This document shows, piece by piece, positions 35,686-45,325 of a DNA stretch of 55,250 bases (positions are counted from its first letter, which is position 1; every line of letters begins with the position of its first letter). The translations under genes and the position numbers were made by a program. The notes below the pieces were generated by a model. That model worked only from the letters and a program-made list of their open reading frames with translations. It did not search any database and was not told the DNA's origin. The DNA is from an uncultured Candidatus Saccharibacteria bacterium (GTDB taxonomy: Bacteria > Patescibacteriota > Minisyncoccia > Phycocordibacterales > UBA9973), in contig CAYIBP010000005.1 in NCBI GenBank assembly GCA_964361705.1, forward strand, positions 1-55,250, in the 5' to 3' direction.

Positions 35686-37104
35686 TTAATTCAATTCAAT
35701 TACTCTATTTCCTTTTTCACTTGGAGGATATTTACTGTAATGCATAGCATCCTTTACCCTTCGCCATTCTCCTCCCCACCCCCACCCCTCTTCTTTAAAC
35801 AACTTTACAAAAGAAGGAGGCATATCAGTCCTTGGCTTTTTGCCGAAAGGATTTCTGTCCGGATTTATATCAAGGGCTACTCCATATGCGTGAGCAGACC
35901 ATTTATTACTGCCAGCCACAGTCCTACAATCATACCCAAATATGTTATCAACTTTATACCTTTCTGATGCAGACATTGCCAGCCATTTTGCATTTATTCT
36001 CCTCAGACTAGGCACTAGACCTTTATAGACCTCTACTTTTGTATTAAACACATCAACCCACTGCATCTGTGTTTTATCACATACAGTCAAGCTAACAGTC
36101 GTGTTGATGTTCCCTTTTTGTATTAGTTGTATTTGTTCTCCTTTTTTTCCTTGCCCTATACCTGTTTCAGGTTCGTCTGATACTGTTATTGTTGCTTCTG
36201 GAAAATTATCCAAACATATATTAAGTAATCTAGGATTTACTGTGTTTAGTATAAAGACAGCACTTAAGGCTATCACGAGGCCCATCAATGCATTTTGTAT
36301 TGTTTCTGTACCAGCTTCTTTACTTGACCATAATCCGGTAGTTGCGTACTGCAGCCCCCCCTGGACTATCATTATGAGTGCAAGTACAGCAGCTATTCCC
36401 AATATAACTTTCATAAGCAGGTTTATATATCTACCAAGTGGACAAGGATTGGTGACCGGATTTGGTTCTGTATCTATTGTCTCGTTAAACCCTGGAATCG
36501 GTGCGAGAGGCGTGTATGTGGTGTCTGTCTCTATAATTTCAACTGTTCCTCCAATAGGAATTACTTTATCTACACCGGGTATAATGGTGCCTCTGACAGA
36601 CCATTTTTTATCACAAGATCCGTCACATTCATAATTTAAATTTCCGTCAGGTTTTCCGTCTGACAAAAACGGAACTTGCTCCGGAGCATCAATCATTAAA
36701 AAATATCCGCAATCATTTTCGAAAGGTGCACTGTCACATTTTGTTTCTCCTGCTTTTGTAAAAATGGTAAAAAAATCAGCTTCTGGAAATTTTAATCCCA
36801 AAAAGTTTATCTCAGGCACCACATTTTTATCCAGATTATCCCATGTAGTGCTTATTAAACTCACTTGTATCTCTTCTCCAGCGCAATCTTTTCCTGCTAT
36901 ATTTATTCCAACAAAATTTGGACGATCATCACTATACCATTCTTCATTAGAAGTATCATAAGCACCATAAAGATCAAACCTTGCCTCTGTTATTACACAG
37001 GCAGCACTTGCCTTGTCTGTATCTGCGAAGAAAGAAAAGGAAAAAACAGCTAAAAGCGTGAAGAAAAACAATAATATATTTTTTTTGAATTTAGAAGCCA
37101 ACAT
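35686..37104 (-). CDS. VirB2/TrbC-like pilin domain fused to an M15 family metallopeptidase
   Basis: Signal peptide; pilin-like YINLLMKVILGIAAVLALIMIVQGGLQY..IQNALMGLVIALSAVFILNTVNP; M15 motifs SAHAYGVALDINP, WGWGGEW, DAMHY. Confidence 0.85.
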   Translation of the reverse strand: MLASKFKKNILLFFFTLLAVFSFSFFADTDKASAACVITEARFDLYGAYDTSNEEWYSDDRPNFVGINIAGKDCAGEEIQVSLISTTWDNLDKNVVPEINFLGLKFPEADFFTIFTKAGETKCDSAPFENDCGYFLMIDAPEQVPFLSDGKPDGNLNYECDGSCDKKWSVRGTIIPGVDKVIPIGGTVEIIETDTTYTPLAPIPGFNETIDTEPNPVTNPCPLGRYINLLMKVILGIAAVLALIMIVQGGLQYATTGLWSSKEAGTETIQNALMGLVIALSAVFILNTVNPRLLNICLDNFPEATITVSDEPETGIGQGKKGEQIQLIQKGNINTTVSLTVCDKTQMQWVDVFNTKVEVYKGLVPSLRRINAKWLAMSASERYKVDNIFGYDCRTVAGSNKWSAHAYGVALDINPDRNPFGKKPRTDMPPSFVKLFKEEGWGWGGEWRRVKDAMHYSKYPPSEKGNRVIELN

Positions 37105-38089
37105 TTATTTTTTTCTCCGCCTTTTGGAAGAGAGTTTTGATATTACTGACTACCAATCTTATTGCGCTTTGACCTTGTTCCCCTTCTGGCTTGATAGAGA
37201 TCATATTTTTACTGTCGGGTGTTTCTATTTTTTCTCCGCCCAAGTACCAATCAAAAGTATATTCATTTGCACTCAAATCTTTTGGAGAAAAGAAGTATGG
37301 TTCTGCTACTATGGTTTCTCCTTCTTTATTTAAAATAAAATCACTATTTAAGGCCTTGTTTGTATCTTTGCCTAGAAGCGGATCAATGCGATAAAAAATG
37401 ACTTTTGGGCTTGCTGTTTTTAATTTTAATGCTTTTGAAGCGTTTAATCCACCTGTGATGTCAGATACTTTAACCTCTATATTATTTTCTTTATCTAGAT
37501 AACTAGTTTGGAAAATAAAATAGTTTTTACCCCAACCAGATGGACTGTTCATAATAGTATCGTCTTTTACCCAGACATAAGAGAGATTTGCAGGGTTTAC
37601 CTTTAAACCTTGATTTGTGAGATTTGGCATTGCCACTACTTTGAAAGTACCTTGTTTTGGCACCAATGACTTTCCTTTATAAAAAGGCGGAACATACGAA
37701 TCATAAGCTTCGTAGAGTAAATCCACGCCTGCCGGTATGATGGTGATGTTTTTTGAAATACTTTGACCTTCTATTGTGTCTATTGTTGCAGATATATTTG
37801 TGGAGGCATACATATTGCCGGTTTTAAATTTGAAAGATTTCATCCCTATACCCCTATTTAGCTCTTGGTTGTCTATTATCCAAGTGATGTTTGCTTTATC
37901 TAGATTCAGAACATGACTACTTAAGGTAGCAGTTGCATTTTGATTTGGACTGGGATACTGCGGTGATATTATGAGCGCAATATCAGTGTCTTGCACCTGT
38001 GCGTGGAGCGTACTAGCATAAAAAAGCCCAAATAAGCCGAAGAATAGAGTTAGGACTAGAATATAATTCTTATTCAAAATAAAAATCAT
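37091..38089 (-). CDS. Secreted Ig-like hypothetical protein
   Basis: Signal peptide ending LHA-Q; VDLLYEAYDSYVPPFYKGK, AEPYFFS; start ATG 38089 after TATAAT. Confidence 0.8.
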   Translation of the reverse strand: MIFILNKNYILVLTLFFGLFGLFYASTLHAQVQDTDIALIISPQYPSPNQNATATLSSHVLNLDKANITWIIDNQELNRGIGMKSFKFKTGNMYASTNISATIDTIEGQSISKNITIIPAGVDLLYEAYDSYVPPFYKGKSLVPKQGTFKVVAMPNLTNQGLKVNPANLSYVWVKDDTIMNSPSGWGKNYFIFQTSYLDKENNIEVKVSDITGGLNASKALKLKTASPKVIFYRIDPLLGKDTNKALNSDFILNKEGETIVAEPYFFSPKDLSANEYTFDWYLGGEKIETPDSKNMISIKPEGEQGQSAIRLVVSNIKTLFQKAEKKINVGF

Positions 38090-38163
38090 TGTAGAAATTA
38101 TATCATCTTTATCAGAAACTTGAAAATTTGGGAATTGCACTGCATTACTGCTATAATTCTGGT

Positions 38164-38919
38164 ATGCAATTTTCTTTAAAAGAAGTACTTGGATTTTCAC
38201 AAGAAGAAGAACCTGATACAAAAGAAGAGGCAATGCTGGATCTTATTGCAATTTATAACAAAGAAGTAAATAGAAACAACCTAGGACGTTTATTTGTGGA
38301 CAATGATAAAGATCTTGTATTTCCAAAACTGCAAAAGGCCATAACCTTATATCTTTCTTCTGGGTTTTTAACACCGGATGACATAAAAGAATCTTCCGAG
38401 ATTATGAATTTCTTAATAAGCAAAGCCGAAGAATATTTAAAAAAAGGAAAAATAAATAAGTTCAATAAACTCAAAGATATTTGGATTCAATCGCACCTAA
38501 TGTCAAAAGAAGAAGTGAATAGTTTACCGAAAATTCAGAATGCTGTCATAGAAAATCTTATTGTGCAAGAAATGTTTGATATACCCAAGAAATTTCCAGA
38601 TTTTAGGGAAAAAGCTGTGAAAACGGGTGTTTTCACCGAAAATGAGATAAATAATCATCAGAGGGTAAGGTCAGTAGCTTTACAAAAAATATCTTTTTTT
38701 GTAAAAGATGGCGTAAAAGCATTTAAAGAAGATTTGAAAAGATGGCTTGATATGGGAGTTAAAATAACGCAAGATGACATGTTAATTTCTACTAATTTAA
38801 AAAAGGCAATAATTGAAAGACTACTTTTGATAGAAAGCCATGGGAAAACCACTGTTGATTCAGAGAAAAGTGAATGGCAAAAATTAACAGGGATTGATTT
38901 GTCTCAAGTCAATATCTAG
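38164..38919 (+). CDS. Hypothetical helical-repeat protein
   Basis: Start ATG 38164 after TGcTATAAT; four or five degenerate ~44-aa repeats. Confidence 0.7.
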   Translation: MQFSLKEVLGFSQEEEPDTKEEAMLDLIAIYNKEVNRNNLGRLFVDNDKDLVFPKLQKAITLYLSSGFLTPDDIKESSEIMNFLISKAEEYLKKGKINKFNKLKDIWIQSHLMSKEEVNSLPKIQNAVIENLIVQEMFDIPKKFPDFREKAVKTGVFTENEINNHQRVRSVALQKISFFVKDGVKAFKEDLKRWLDMGVKITQDDMLISTNLKKAIIERLLLIESHGKTTVDSEKSEWQKLTGIDLSQVNI

Positions 38920-38922
38920 TCT

Positions 38923-40761
38923 TTATTGTTCCTCTACCCTTTCCAGATCCTGCTTTGCTTTTTTAATAGAAAGTATTTGCGATGGATCAGAAGTTATTAT
39001 TTGATCTTCTGTATATGAGGCTATTATCTTGATAGCCACATGTTTTAGTCCAGCAAAGAATATTCCCTCACCTACATTAGATTCCAAAAGCAGGTATTTT
39101 TCTTCATCCGTAAGATTAAAGGTTCTTTGGAGCAGATCTATGGTTGTTGGAGACTGTTTAAGTAAAAGTTGTATTGAAGAGTTTGTAATTATAGGCACTC
39201 CGTATGGGGATTTTAAGAAGTCTGCCGCGTCTTGAGTGATGGTAGAGAGCCCTAGATAGTATTTTCTGCCTCTCTTGGCGATGGAATACAAGAAAGATGC
39301 TGTGTCTTCTGATTTCATCATCCACCAAGCTTCATCTACCACAAGTAGGCGTTTTTTTAGATTCTTGCGTACCGTCACCCATATATAATGCATGACTATG
39401 TACATGGCAACGGGTTTCAATTCATCTTCCATATCGCGTACCGAAAATACCACAAATTTTTTATTTATATCTACATTTGAAGGTCTATTTAGGAATGTGG
39501 ACCAAGAACCTTTTGTGTATTTTACAAGTCTTTGCATAACAGAATCGCTTCCTTCCATGCCAGCCAAAACCATCTCAAAATCTGAAAGAAGAGGTGGTTC
39601 AATATTTGAAAAGTCTGAGTCGGGAGTGATGTCTTTCATGGCGTAAGTTTCAGAGACGGCCCTGTCTACCATAGAGTCTTCTTCTGGAGAAAGTCCTCCC
39701 AACATAAGTCGGAAAAGTCCGACTAGGTTTATCGTGTTTGAGCGCAAAACGTCTTCTGGTGATTCGTCTTCTCTGGGTATTGGAAGATCAAAAGGGTTGA
39801 TATGGTGGTCCGAAGAAAGAGAAATGTCAAAATATCTGCCCCCTACGGCTTCCGCTAAATACTCATATTCCCTTTCTGGATCAATGACTATGACATCTGT
39901 GTCAAACATCAACGATCTTAATATTTCCAGCTTAGTGGCATAACTTTTACCAGCGCCGGATTTTGCGAATGTTACGGAATTGTAGTTTTCCAAAGAAAAT
40001 CTATCAAATATTACTAAACTGGAATTGTGTCTATTTATTCCATACAGTATGCCGGTGTCGGAAGTAAGGTCAAAAGAAATAAAAGGAAAAACACTGGAAA
40101 GTGGTTCGGAATTTAGTTTCTGGCTTATGCCCAACAGGTCGTTGCCGAGAGGCATAACACTTTTGAATCCGTCTTCTTGTTGGAATAGAGCTGGTTTTAT
40201 GTAGATAAGTTTTGATTCAAGTAGGGATTTTATTTCATTTTCAATTTTAAAAAGCTCAAGTTCGTTGTCAGCGTATATAGTGATATAAATGCCCACGTCA
40301 AACATTTTCTGTTGAGCTTGGATAAGGTTGTCTCGCAGATTTTCAAGGTCTTGGTAAGCAGTATCTAGCATTGGATCGCGCACCATTCCCTTGCTCTCTC
40401 GGATATTTATCTGGCTTTGCACTTCGGCTACCTTTTTCTGGAATTGTCTCAATATTAGAGAGGTGTCCACAGGATGAATAAATATAGATACATCAAAAAC
40501 CTTGTCCAAGTTTATAATAGGCGAGAACCAATTGTCCGAAAGATATCTGGGATAAGAAATTATAAAAAAAGTGCGAGCGATCTTTTCTCCGAGGTTTATG
40601 GATTTGGATTCTATTTTTAACGCTGAAGGCGCGACGATATCTTGGAGCTCAAGTTTGGCTGATTCATATATTTCTTCTGGCAACACTGGAAGCACGGAGA
40701 CATTTGTCTTGTTTTCCTGTGCCATTTTATTTTTACCAAGCAGTTTGTCAAAAAATCCCAT
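38923..40761 (-). CDS. VirB4-like type IV secretion ATPase
   Basis: Walker A AKSGAGKS, VIDPEREY, HINPFD, Walker B VVDEAW, RKYYLG..ITQ. Confidence 0.92.
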   Translation of the reverse strand: MGFFDKLLGKNKMAQENKTNVSVLPVLPEEIYESAKLELQDIVAPSALKIESKSINLGEKIARTFFIISYPRYLSDNWFSPIINLDKVFDVSIFIHPVDTSLILRQFQKKVAEVQSQINIRESKGMVRDPMLDTAYQDLENLRDNLIQAQQKMFDVGIYITIYADNELELFKIENEIKSLLESKLIYIKPALFQQEDGFKSVMPLGNDLLGISQKLNSEPLSSVFPFISFDLTSDTGILYGINRHNSSLVIFDRFSLENYNSVTFAKSGAGKSYATKLEILRSLMFDTDVIVIDPEREYEYLAEAVGGRYFDISLSSDHHINPFDLPIPREDESPEDVLRSNTINLVGLFRLMLGGLSPEEDSMVDRAVSETYAMKDITPDSDFSNIEPPLLSDFEMVLAGMEGSDSVMQRLVKYTKGSWSTFLNRPSNVDINKKFVVFSVRDMEDELKPVAMYIVMHYIWVTVRKNLKKRLLVVDEAWWMMKSEDTASFLYSIAKRGRKYYLGLSTITQDAADFLKSPYGVPIITNSSIQLLLKQSPTTIDLLQRTFNLTDEEKYLLLESNVGEGIFFAGLKHVAIKIIASYTEDQIITSDPSQILSIKKAKQDLERVEEQ

Positions 40762-40782
40762 ATATTTCTAAATATAACATTG

Positions 40783-41424
40783 TTATTTACTCATTTCTAT
40801 CTTGCCTTCTAGTTCTCCTGGGTTGAAAACTTTGTAGAAAACTTCTACTACTTCTTCTGTGCCAAGCTGGGCGGATTTTATTCCGCATTGGGAAAGCCCT
40901 TGTTGTATGACATTCACCCGCTGTTCAAGCTGTGACCTCTTCTCCTCAAAATCAAGTTGCTCCTTGGCTGTCTCTTCTTGACCGTTTTTCTTTCCAAAGA
41001 ACTTCTTGAAAATGTTTATGCTAGGTTTGAAGCTTATGTAAGTATAAGGCACTACCACGAAAAAGTTCTTGGTCATTATATCCACATTTTCCGTGAAGTT
41101 TTTTATAAACTCTATATATTCTCTGGTTTGGAGTTTAAGCAATGGTTCGCTTTGCACTTTTATTCTGTCTTCTAGGAGATTTAAATAATTTCTAATATCC
41201 AACTTTCTTGACTGAACCGATATTTGCACGGAGAAATCTAAAGTGTTAAGAAAATTCTGAAATTGGATGATTGTGGCGCGCTGTTCATCTGCGGATTTGA
41301 GAGATAAGTTTACGGAATTTGCAAGCACTATTGCTCGAAGTTCTCCGTCTTTCAACACAACAATACCATCACGGACTTCCTTGATTGGCACAAAATCTTG
41401 AGTTGCTCTTGCGTTTAATGACAT
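40783..41424 (-). CDS. Conserved T4SS-cluster protein, VirB4 N-terminal-like
   Basis: ATQDFVPIKEVRDG..NLSLKSADEQ..FLNTLDF; lies between prgI-like and virB4-like genes. Confidence 0.7.
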   Translation of the reverse strand: MSLNARATQDFVPIKEVRDGIVVLKDGELRAIVLANSVNLSLKSADEQRATIIQFQNFLNTLDFSVQISVQSRKLDIRNYLNLLEDRIKVQSEPLLKLQTREYIEFIKNFTENVDIMTKNFFVVVPYTYISFKPSINIFKKFFGKKNGQEETAKEQLDFEEKRSQLEQRVNVIQQGLSQCGIKSAQLGTEEVVEVFYKVFNPGELEGKIEMSK

Positions 41425-41441
41425 TTTTTAATTCTTAAAAA

Positions 41442-41858
41442 CTACTTTTTTAAATCAAGCACATCCAAGCTCCAAGCTAGGTCTCTAAGTTTGCTTCCGC
41501 TTAACTGTACTCCGTTCCCTCTCATCTTTTCTTTTTTGATTTCTGTTGCTTCTTCCAAATTTTCACCACCTTTCTTTTCTAAACGCCTTTGCCATATATA
41601 AAGTTTGTTCTGCGTTGCGTACTTTATGGCAGACTCCACCATATTTATAAATGGTTTGCCGTTTGGATGATAAAAAGTAAGGGCTAGTGAAAAGCTTGCT
41701 ATCACAATGATTGGTATTGCACCAAAAAAGAGACCTAGAAGCCTAAACAAGATATAACATAGTCCAGCTCCACCCACCAAATAAACAAACTCCCGAAAGG
41801 TAAACGGGCCGAATATTTTATCTTCTATTTCCAAAAATTGTGGGACTTTGAATTGCAT
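41442..41858 (-). CDS. PrgI family protein (VirB3-like)
   Basis: MQFKVPQFLEIEDKIFGPFTFREF, two TM helices, NGKPF. Confidence 0.9.
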   Translation of the reverse strand: MQFKVPQFLEIEDKIFGPFTFREFVYLVGGAGLCYILFRLLGLFFGAIPIIVIASFSLALTFYHPNGKPFINMVESAIKYATQNKLYIWQRRLEKKGGENLEEATEIKKEKMRGNGVQLSGSKLRDLAWSLDVLDLKK

Positions 41859-41886
41859 ATAAATTTTTTGAAAAACAAAACCCAGT

Positions 41887-42537
41887 TTATTCCACTGCTT
41901 CTCTATACGGATCCTTCTTTGAAGGTTCTACTCCACCTCTTGCCATGTTGTTCGATGAATAGATGCTCGTAGCTTTAGGCATTTGGAAAGAGCCAGAAAG
42001 TTTTTTAGCGAGCATCGAACGCATCTCTTCTTCGGTCTTTCTTGGTTGATCTGTTTTTATATTTATACTTGCTGGATTATTGTTATTTTGCGCAACAGGA
42101 TTTTTTACAGGTTCTGGACTTTCTATCGTTCTTAATATTTCCTCCCTGCTCTCAAATTCTTCTGATTTATCTAGTGCATTTTCTTTGAGAGTTGTAGGTA
42201 TTTTTTCCGTTTTATCTTCCCTACTATACAGCGCCATCAAGTCTTCTCTGATCTCTTTAAATATTCTTTCATTTATTTCATTTACGATTTCGTGTACCTT
42301 ATCTGCTGGCAGCCCCATACTAGCCTTGAGTGATTCTTCAAATTTGTCTGGGTGAGTAAAGCCGAGCATAACCATATTGGTCTCAAGCGAGAGCTGTCCT
42401 ATCTGTGGCACAGTGAGATTGAACTTCTTGCCCATCTCTGTAATCTTCTCATCTACATTTGCTCCCATGATTACCCACTTCATGTCCTCAGATAAACTAT
42501 CAAACTTTTTTTGTATCTCCTCTATTGATATGTCCAT
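41887..42537 (-). CDS. Hypothetical cytoplasmic protein
   Basis: 216 aa; ETNMVMLG, INERIF; C-terminal DPYRE. Confidence 0.8.
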   Translation of the reverse strand: MDISIEEIQKKFDSLSEDMKWVIMGANVDEKITEMGKKFNLTVPQIGQLSLETNMVMLGFTHPDKFEESLKASMGLPADKVHEIVNEINERIFKEIREDLMALYSREDKTEKIPTTLKENALDKSEEFESREEILRTIESPEPVKNPVAQNNNNPASINIKTDQPRKTEEEMRSMLAKKLSGSFQMPKATSIYSSNNMARGGVEPSKKDPYREAVE

Positions 42538-42570
42538 ATGTTTTATATTATAGCTTATAATTCTTTATTT

Positions 42571-45279
42571 TTAATTACCGTGTGCTCCTCCTGCTGGCGG
42601 ATGCGCTGGCGCACCACCTCCACCACCCGTACTTGCCGGTGCTCCTGTTGCAGGTTTTGCTATGGGTGGTCCAGCCTCGGCAGCTTTGTGAGAGATTACT
42701 TGTGCTGCCGCAGCTTTTGCATCTGCTTGGGCTTTTGTGAGATTTGCTATCCTATCAGGGGCATTTTCCATCTGCTTGTATCTTAATTCTTCCCTTGCTA
42801 CATCTCTAGTATAGCCAGCAAGTGTCTTTGTAATTTCTGCTTGTTTTGCTTTGATTTTATCTCTTGTTCTCTTTATCGCATCTTTAGTATTTTCATCATC
42901 TTCTGCATTAAGGTCTTTTGCTATCTGTAGTGCCTCTCTTTCTGTTTTGCGAATTTCTTCAAGCTCTTTACTTAGAATGTCTCGTTCACTTATCTTATCT
43001 CTCTTCAACATTTCGATTCTTGCAAGGTTATCCACTATATGATCATCCAGAGTTCTCCCCTTGGCTTCTGTTATTTCAGTATCTATCTTCTCTATTTCTT
43101 CTGGAGTCTTTCCTGCTTTACTGTCTTCCAAATCTTTTACCATATTTTCTATTACTTTCAAATTTTCTTCCTCACCTTCCTTTAATAACTTCTTAAGATT
43201 TTCCTCTTTCTTAGATAATTCTCGTACCTTATCTAGTGTCTTCTCCTGCTTCTCTATATCTCTTTTAATCTTGCTTCTAGCTGCTAGTTCTGCGTCAATA
43301 TAAGTAGCTGACTTTGCAAATCCGCCCACGGCGCCAGCGGCTGTAGCCCCCGCTACACCGAGAGCTCCTAGTCCAGCCAATCCACCGATACCTCCAGTCG
43401 CCAAAGCCATACCTGCAGTACCGATACCGAGTCTTATGTTTCTTGCCCTGTTGTCTACCACATCTTCTGATGCGCCTGCTCCTAGTTGCGCTTTAGCCAC
43501 TCTGTAAGCCACCTCATACATAATGCCAGTCTTGCCGAGGTTGCTCATGAACTCTTTCTTTCTCATTATATCCAGCTCTTCTGCTGTCTGTGGTGGTCTA
43601 GGGTTTGCTGCCGCGAAGGCCTTCTCATCAAATTTATTACCATATGTTTCTTGTGCTTGCTTTTTCCTTCTTTCATAGTCTGCAGTCTTATCCGCATACA
43701 TTGCCTTCACTTCCGCATCGGACATTCTGGTCTTGTATGTCTCAAATTCTTTTTCTCTTGGAGCTTGTTTTTTAGCTACAATAGCCTTATACCCTCCAGC
43801 TGTACTTGCCCCTGCCAAGCCCAGTCTTTCTGTTCCCTTTTCCAGATCAAGCCCTCCCTTTGCTGCGAGCTTGCCCAAGTAAGATTTTCTTACATCAAAG
43901 GATGCACCAGCTCCCCTGTCTAAAGTTCTCAATGTATATTTACCGATAGTTCCAGCGAGACCTTTCTGGGTAGCTAATTCTCGTAATCTTTCACCACCCT
44001 TACCCAGCATACCGACTTCTCCTCCGACTACTTTTGATGCAAGTTTGCCCAAAGTTCCACTCAATGCCAGTCCAGCTGCGCCACCTGCCGTTCCAAGAAT
44101 CGCGCCACCTGCCATAGCTCCGTATTTGTTTATAGTTGCGCCTATTTCTCCTGAATATTCAACTGCCAACTTCTTTGCTCTTTGCAAGAGTCCGACGATG
44201 ATAAGGAATGGAATAGTTACTGCCATCATCGTCTGCATGATACCTGCGATTCCGGCGGCGGATTCCGGATAACTAATTATATTTTGAATAGAGCCGGTAA
44301 ATAGAATGATGATGTATAGAAAGAATATAAAAATTGGCGCGAGAAATGCATTTTGCAATAATTCCGTCCACCATTTTTTATGATCAAAACCTGGCAAATG
44401 GAAAGGCAGAGCATATGTGATAAAAGCCAAAGGAGAAAGTATCATTGACAGCCAAAGTGAGATAACTCTTGCCAGGAAAAGCAATGCTACTGAAAAGAAT
44501 ATATAGCCGGTATAACCTGTAATAAGTATGAAGAGAAGGAGTAGAAACATAAACATTCCTTTATTTTGATTGTAGACATCTTGGGTTATAAGTCTTTGTG
44601 GGTTATATTTTTGTATAAGTCCCACAGATATAGATTTCTGTCCTCCTGCTCCGGCTACAAGAAGATCCCCGTTTTCATTTTGAGGAGTTATGTTGTTATA
44701 GAAAACCTTTGCCATTATGTTTGAAGCATCTATCACGATCTTTGTGGTAAATAAACTGAAGTTTATGACAAGAGCTATGAGTACGACCATGCCCACCATC
44801 TTTTTATTTTCCGATGCATGGATCCCAAGTATGGTCATGATGCCTATGTATACAAGCGATACTATGAAAAATATATTTACTATATCCCGCACTATACCCC
44901 AAGCGTTTGCCACAAATTCATTACTATATGAAGAACTGTTTGTAGAGTAATAAACAAAAAAGTCCAGGAATTTAGCCGCAAAAGTGGCGAATGTAGATAT
45001 GATTTGAAAGACTACATGATAAAGAAAACTAGAAACACAAGTTGCAATACTAAAATCGGTCAGGGTAAAACAGCCCAATTCAAGTTCCTTCTGTTCATTT
45101 CCAGATATCTTTTCACCTCCTAGATTTATTGGATCTAGATTTTGTGCCTTTACTTCAAGCGTTGTTGTATAAAAGTAAGAATCATTTTTATTATTTATCT
45201 TTCTATCAACAGAAAATGGCGCTAACAAAATAGCGATTGTAAATACTGATATTAATATTTTTGAAAAATACTTTTTCAT
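42571..45279 (-). CDS. VirB6/TrbL-like polytopic membrane protein with glycine-zipper and coiled-coil tail
   Basis: WGIVRDIVNIFFI, ALVINFSLFTTKIVIDASN, RVISLWLSMILSPLAF, WW..L; C-terminal Gly-rich and E/K-rich regions. Confidence 0.8.
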   Translation of the reverse strand: MKKYFSKILISVFTIAILLAPFSVDRKINNKNDSYFYTTTLEVKAQNLDPINLGGEKISGNEQKELELGCFTLTDFSIATCVSSFLYHVVFQIISTFATFAAKFLDFFVYYSTNSSSYSNEFVANAWGIVRDIVNIFFIVSLVYIGIMTILGIHASENKKMVGMVVLIALVINFSLFTTKIVIDASNIMAKVFYNNITPQNENGDLLVAGAGGQKSISVGLIQKYNPQRLITQDVYNQNKGMFMFLLLLFILITGYTGYIFFSVALLFLARVISLWLSMILSPLAFITYALPFHLPGFDHKKWWTELLQNAFLAPIFIFFLYIIILFTGSIQNIISYPESAAGIAGIMQTMMAVTIPFLIIVGLLQRAKKLAVEYSGEIGATINKYGAMAGGAILGTAGGAAGLALSGTLGKLASKVVGGEVGMLGKGGERLRELATQKGLAGTIGKYTLRTLDRGAGASFDVRKSYLGKLAAKGGLDLEKGTERLGLAGASTAGGYKAIVAKKQAPREKEFETYKTRMSDAEVKAMYADKTADYERRKKQAQETYGNKFDEKAFAAANPRPPQTAEELDIMRKKEFMSNLGKTGIMYEVAYRVAKAQLGAGASEDVVDNRARNIRLGIGTAGMALATGGIGGLAGLGALGVAGATAAGAVGGFAKSATYIDAELAARSKIKRDIEKQEKTLDKVRELSKKEENLKKLLKEGEEENLKVIENMVKDLEDSKAGKTPEEIEKIDTEITEAKGRTLDDHIVDNLARIEMLKRDKISERDILSKELEEIRKTEREALQIAKDLNAEDDENTKDAIKRTRDKIKAKQAEITKTLAGYTRDVAREELRYKQMENAPDRIANLTKAQADAKAAAAQVISHKAAEAGPPIAKPATGAPASTGGGGGAPAHPPAGGAHGN

Positions 45280-45325
45280 CTACTGTTGAACATCTTTTTC
45301 TTAAAAACAGTGCCCTAAACAAAAC

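Noticed and set aside
38923-45279. Integrative conjugative element or prophage interpretation of the T4SS-like genes
   Set aside because: No integrase, relaxase, att repeats or phage genes seen; flanked by and co-oriented with housekeeping genes.
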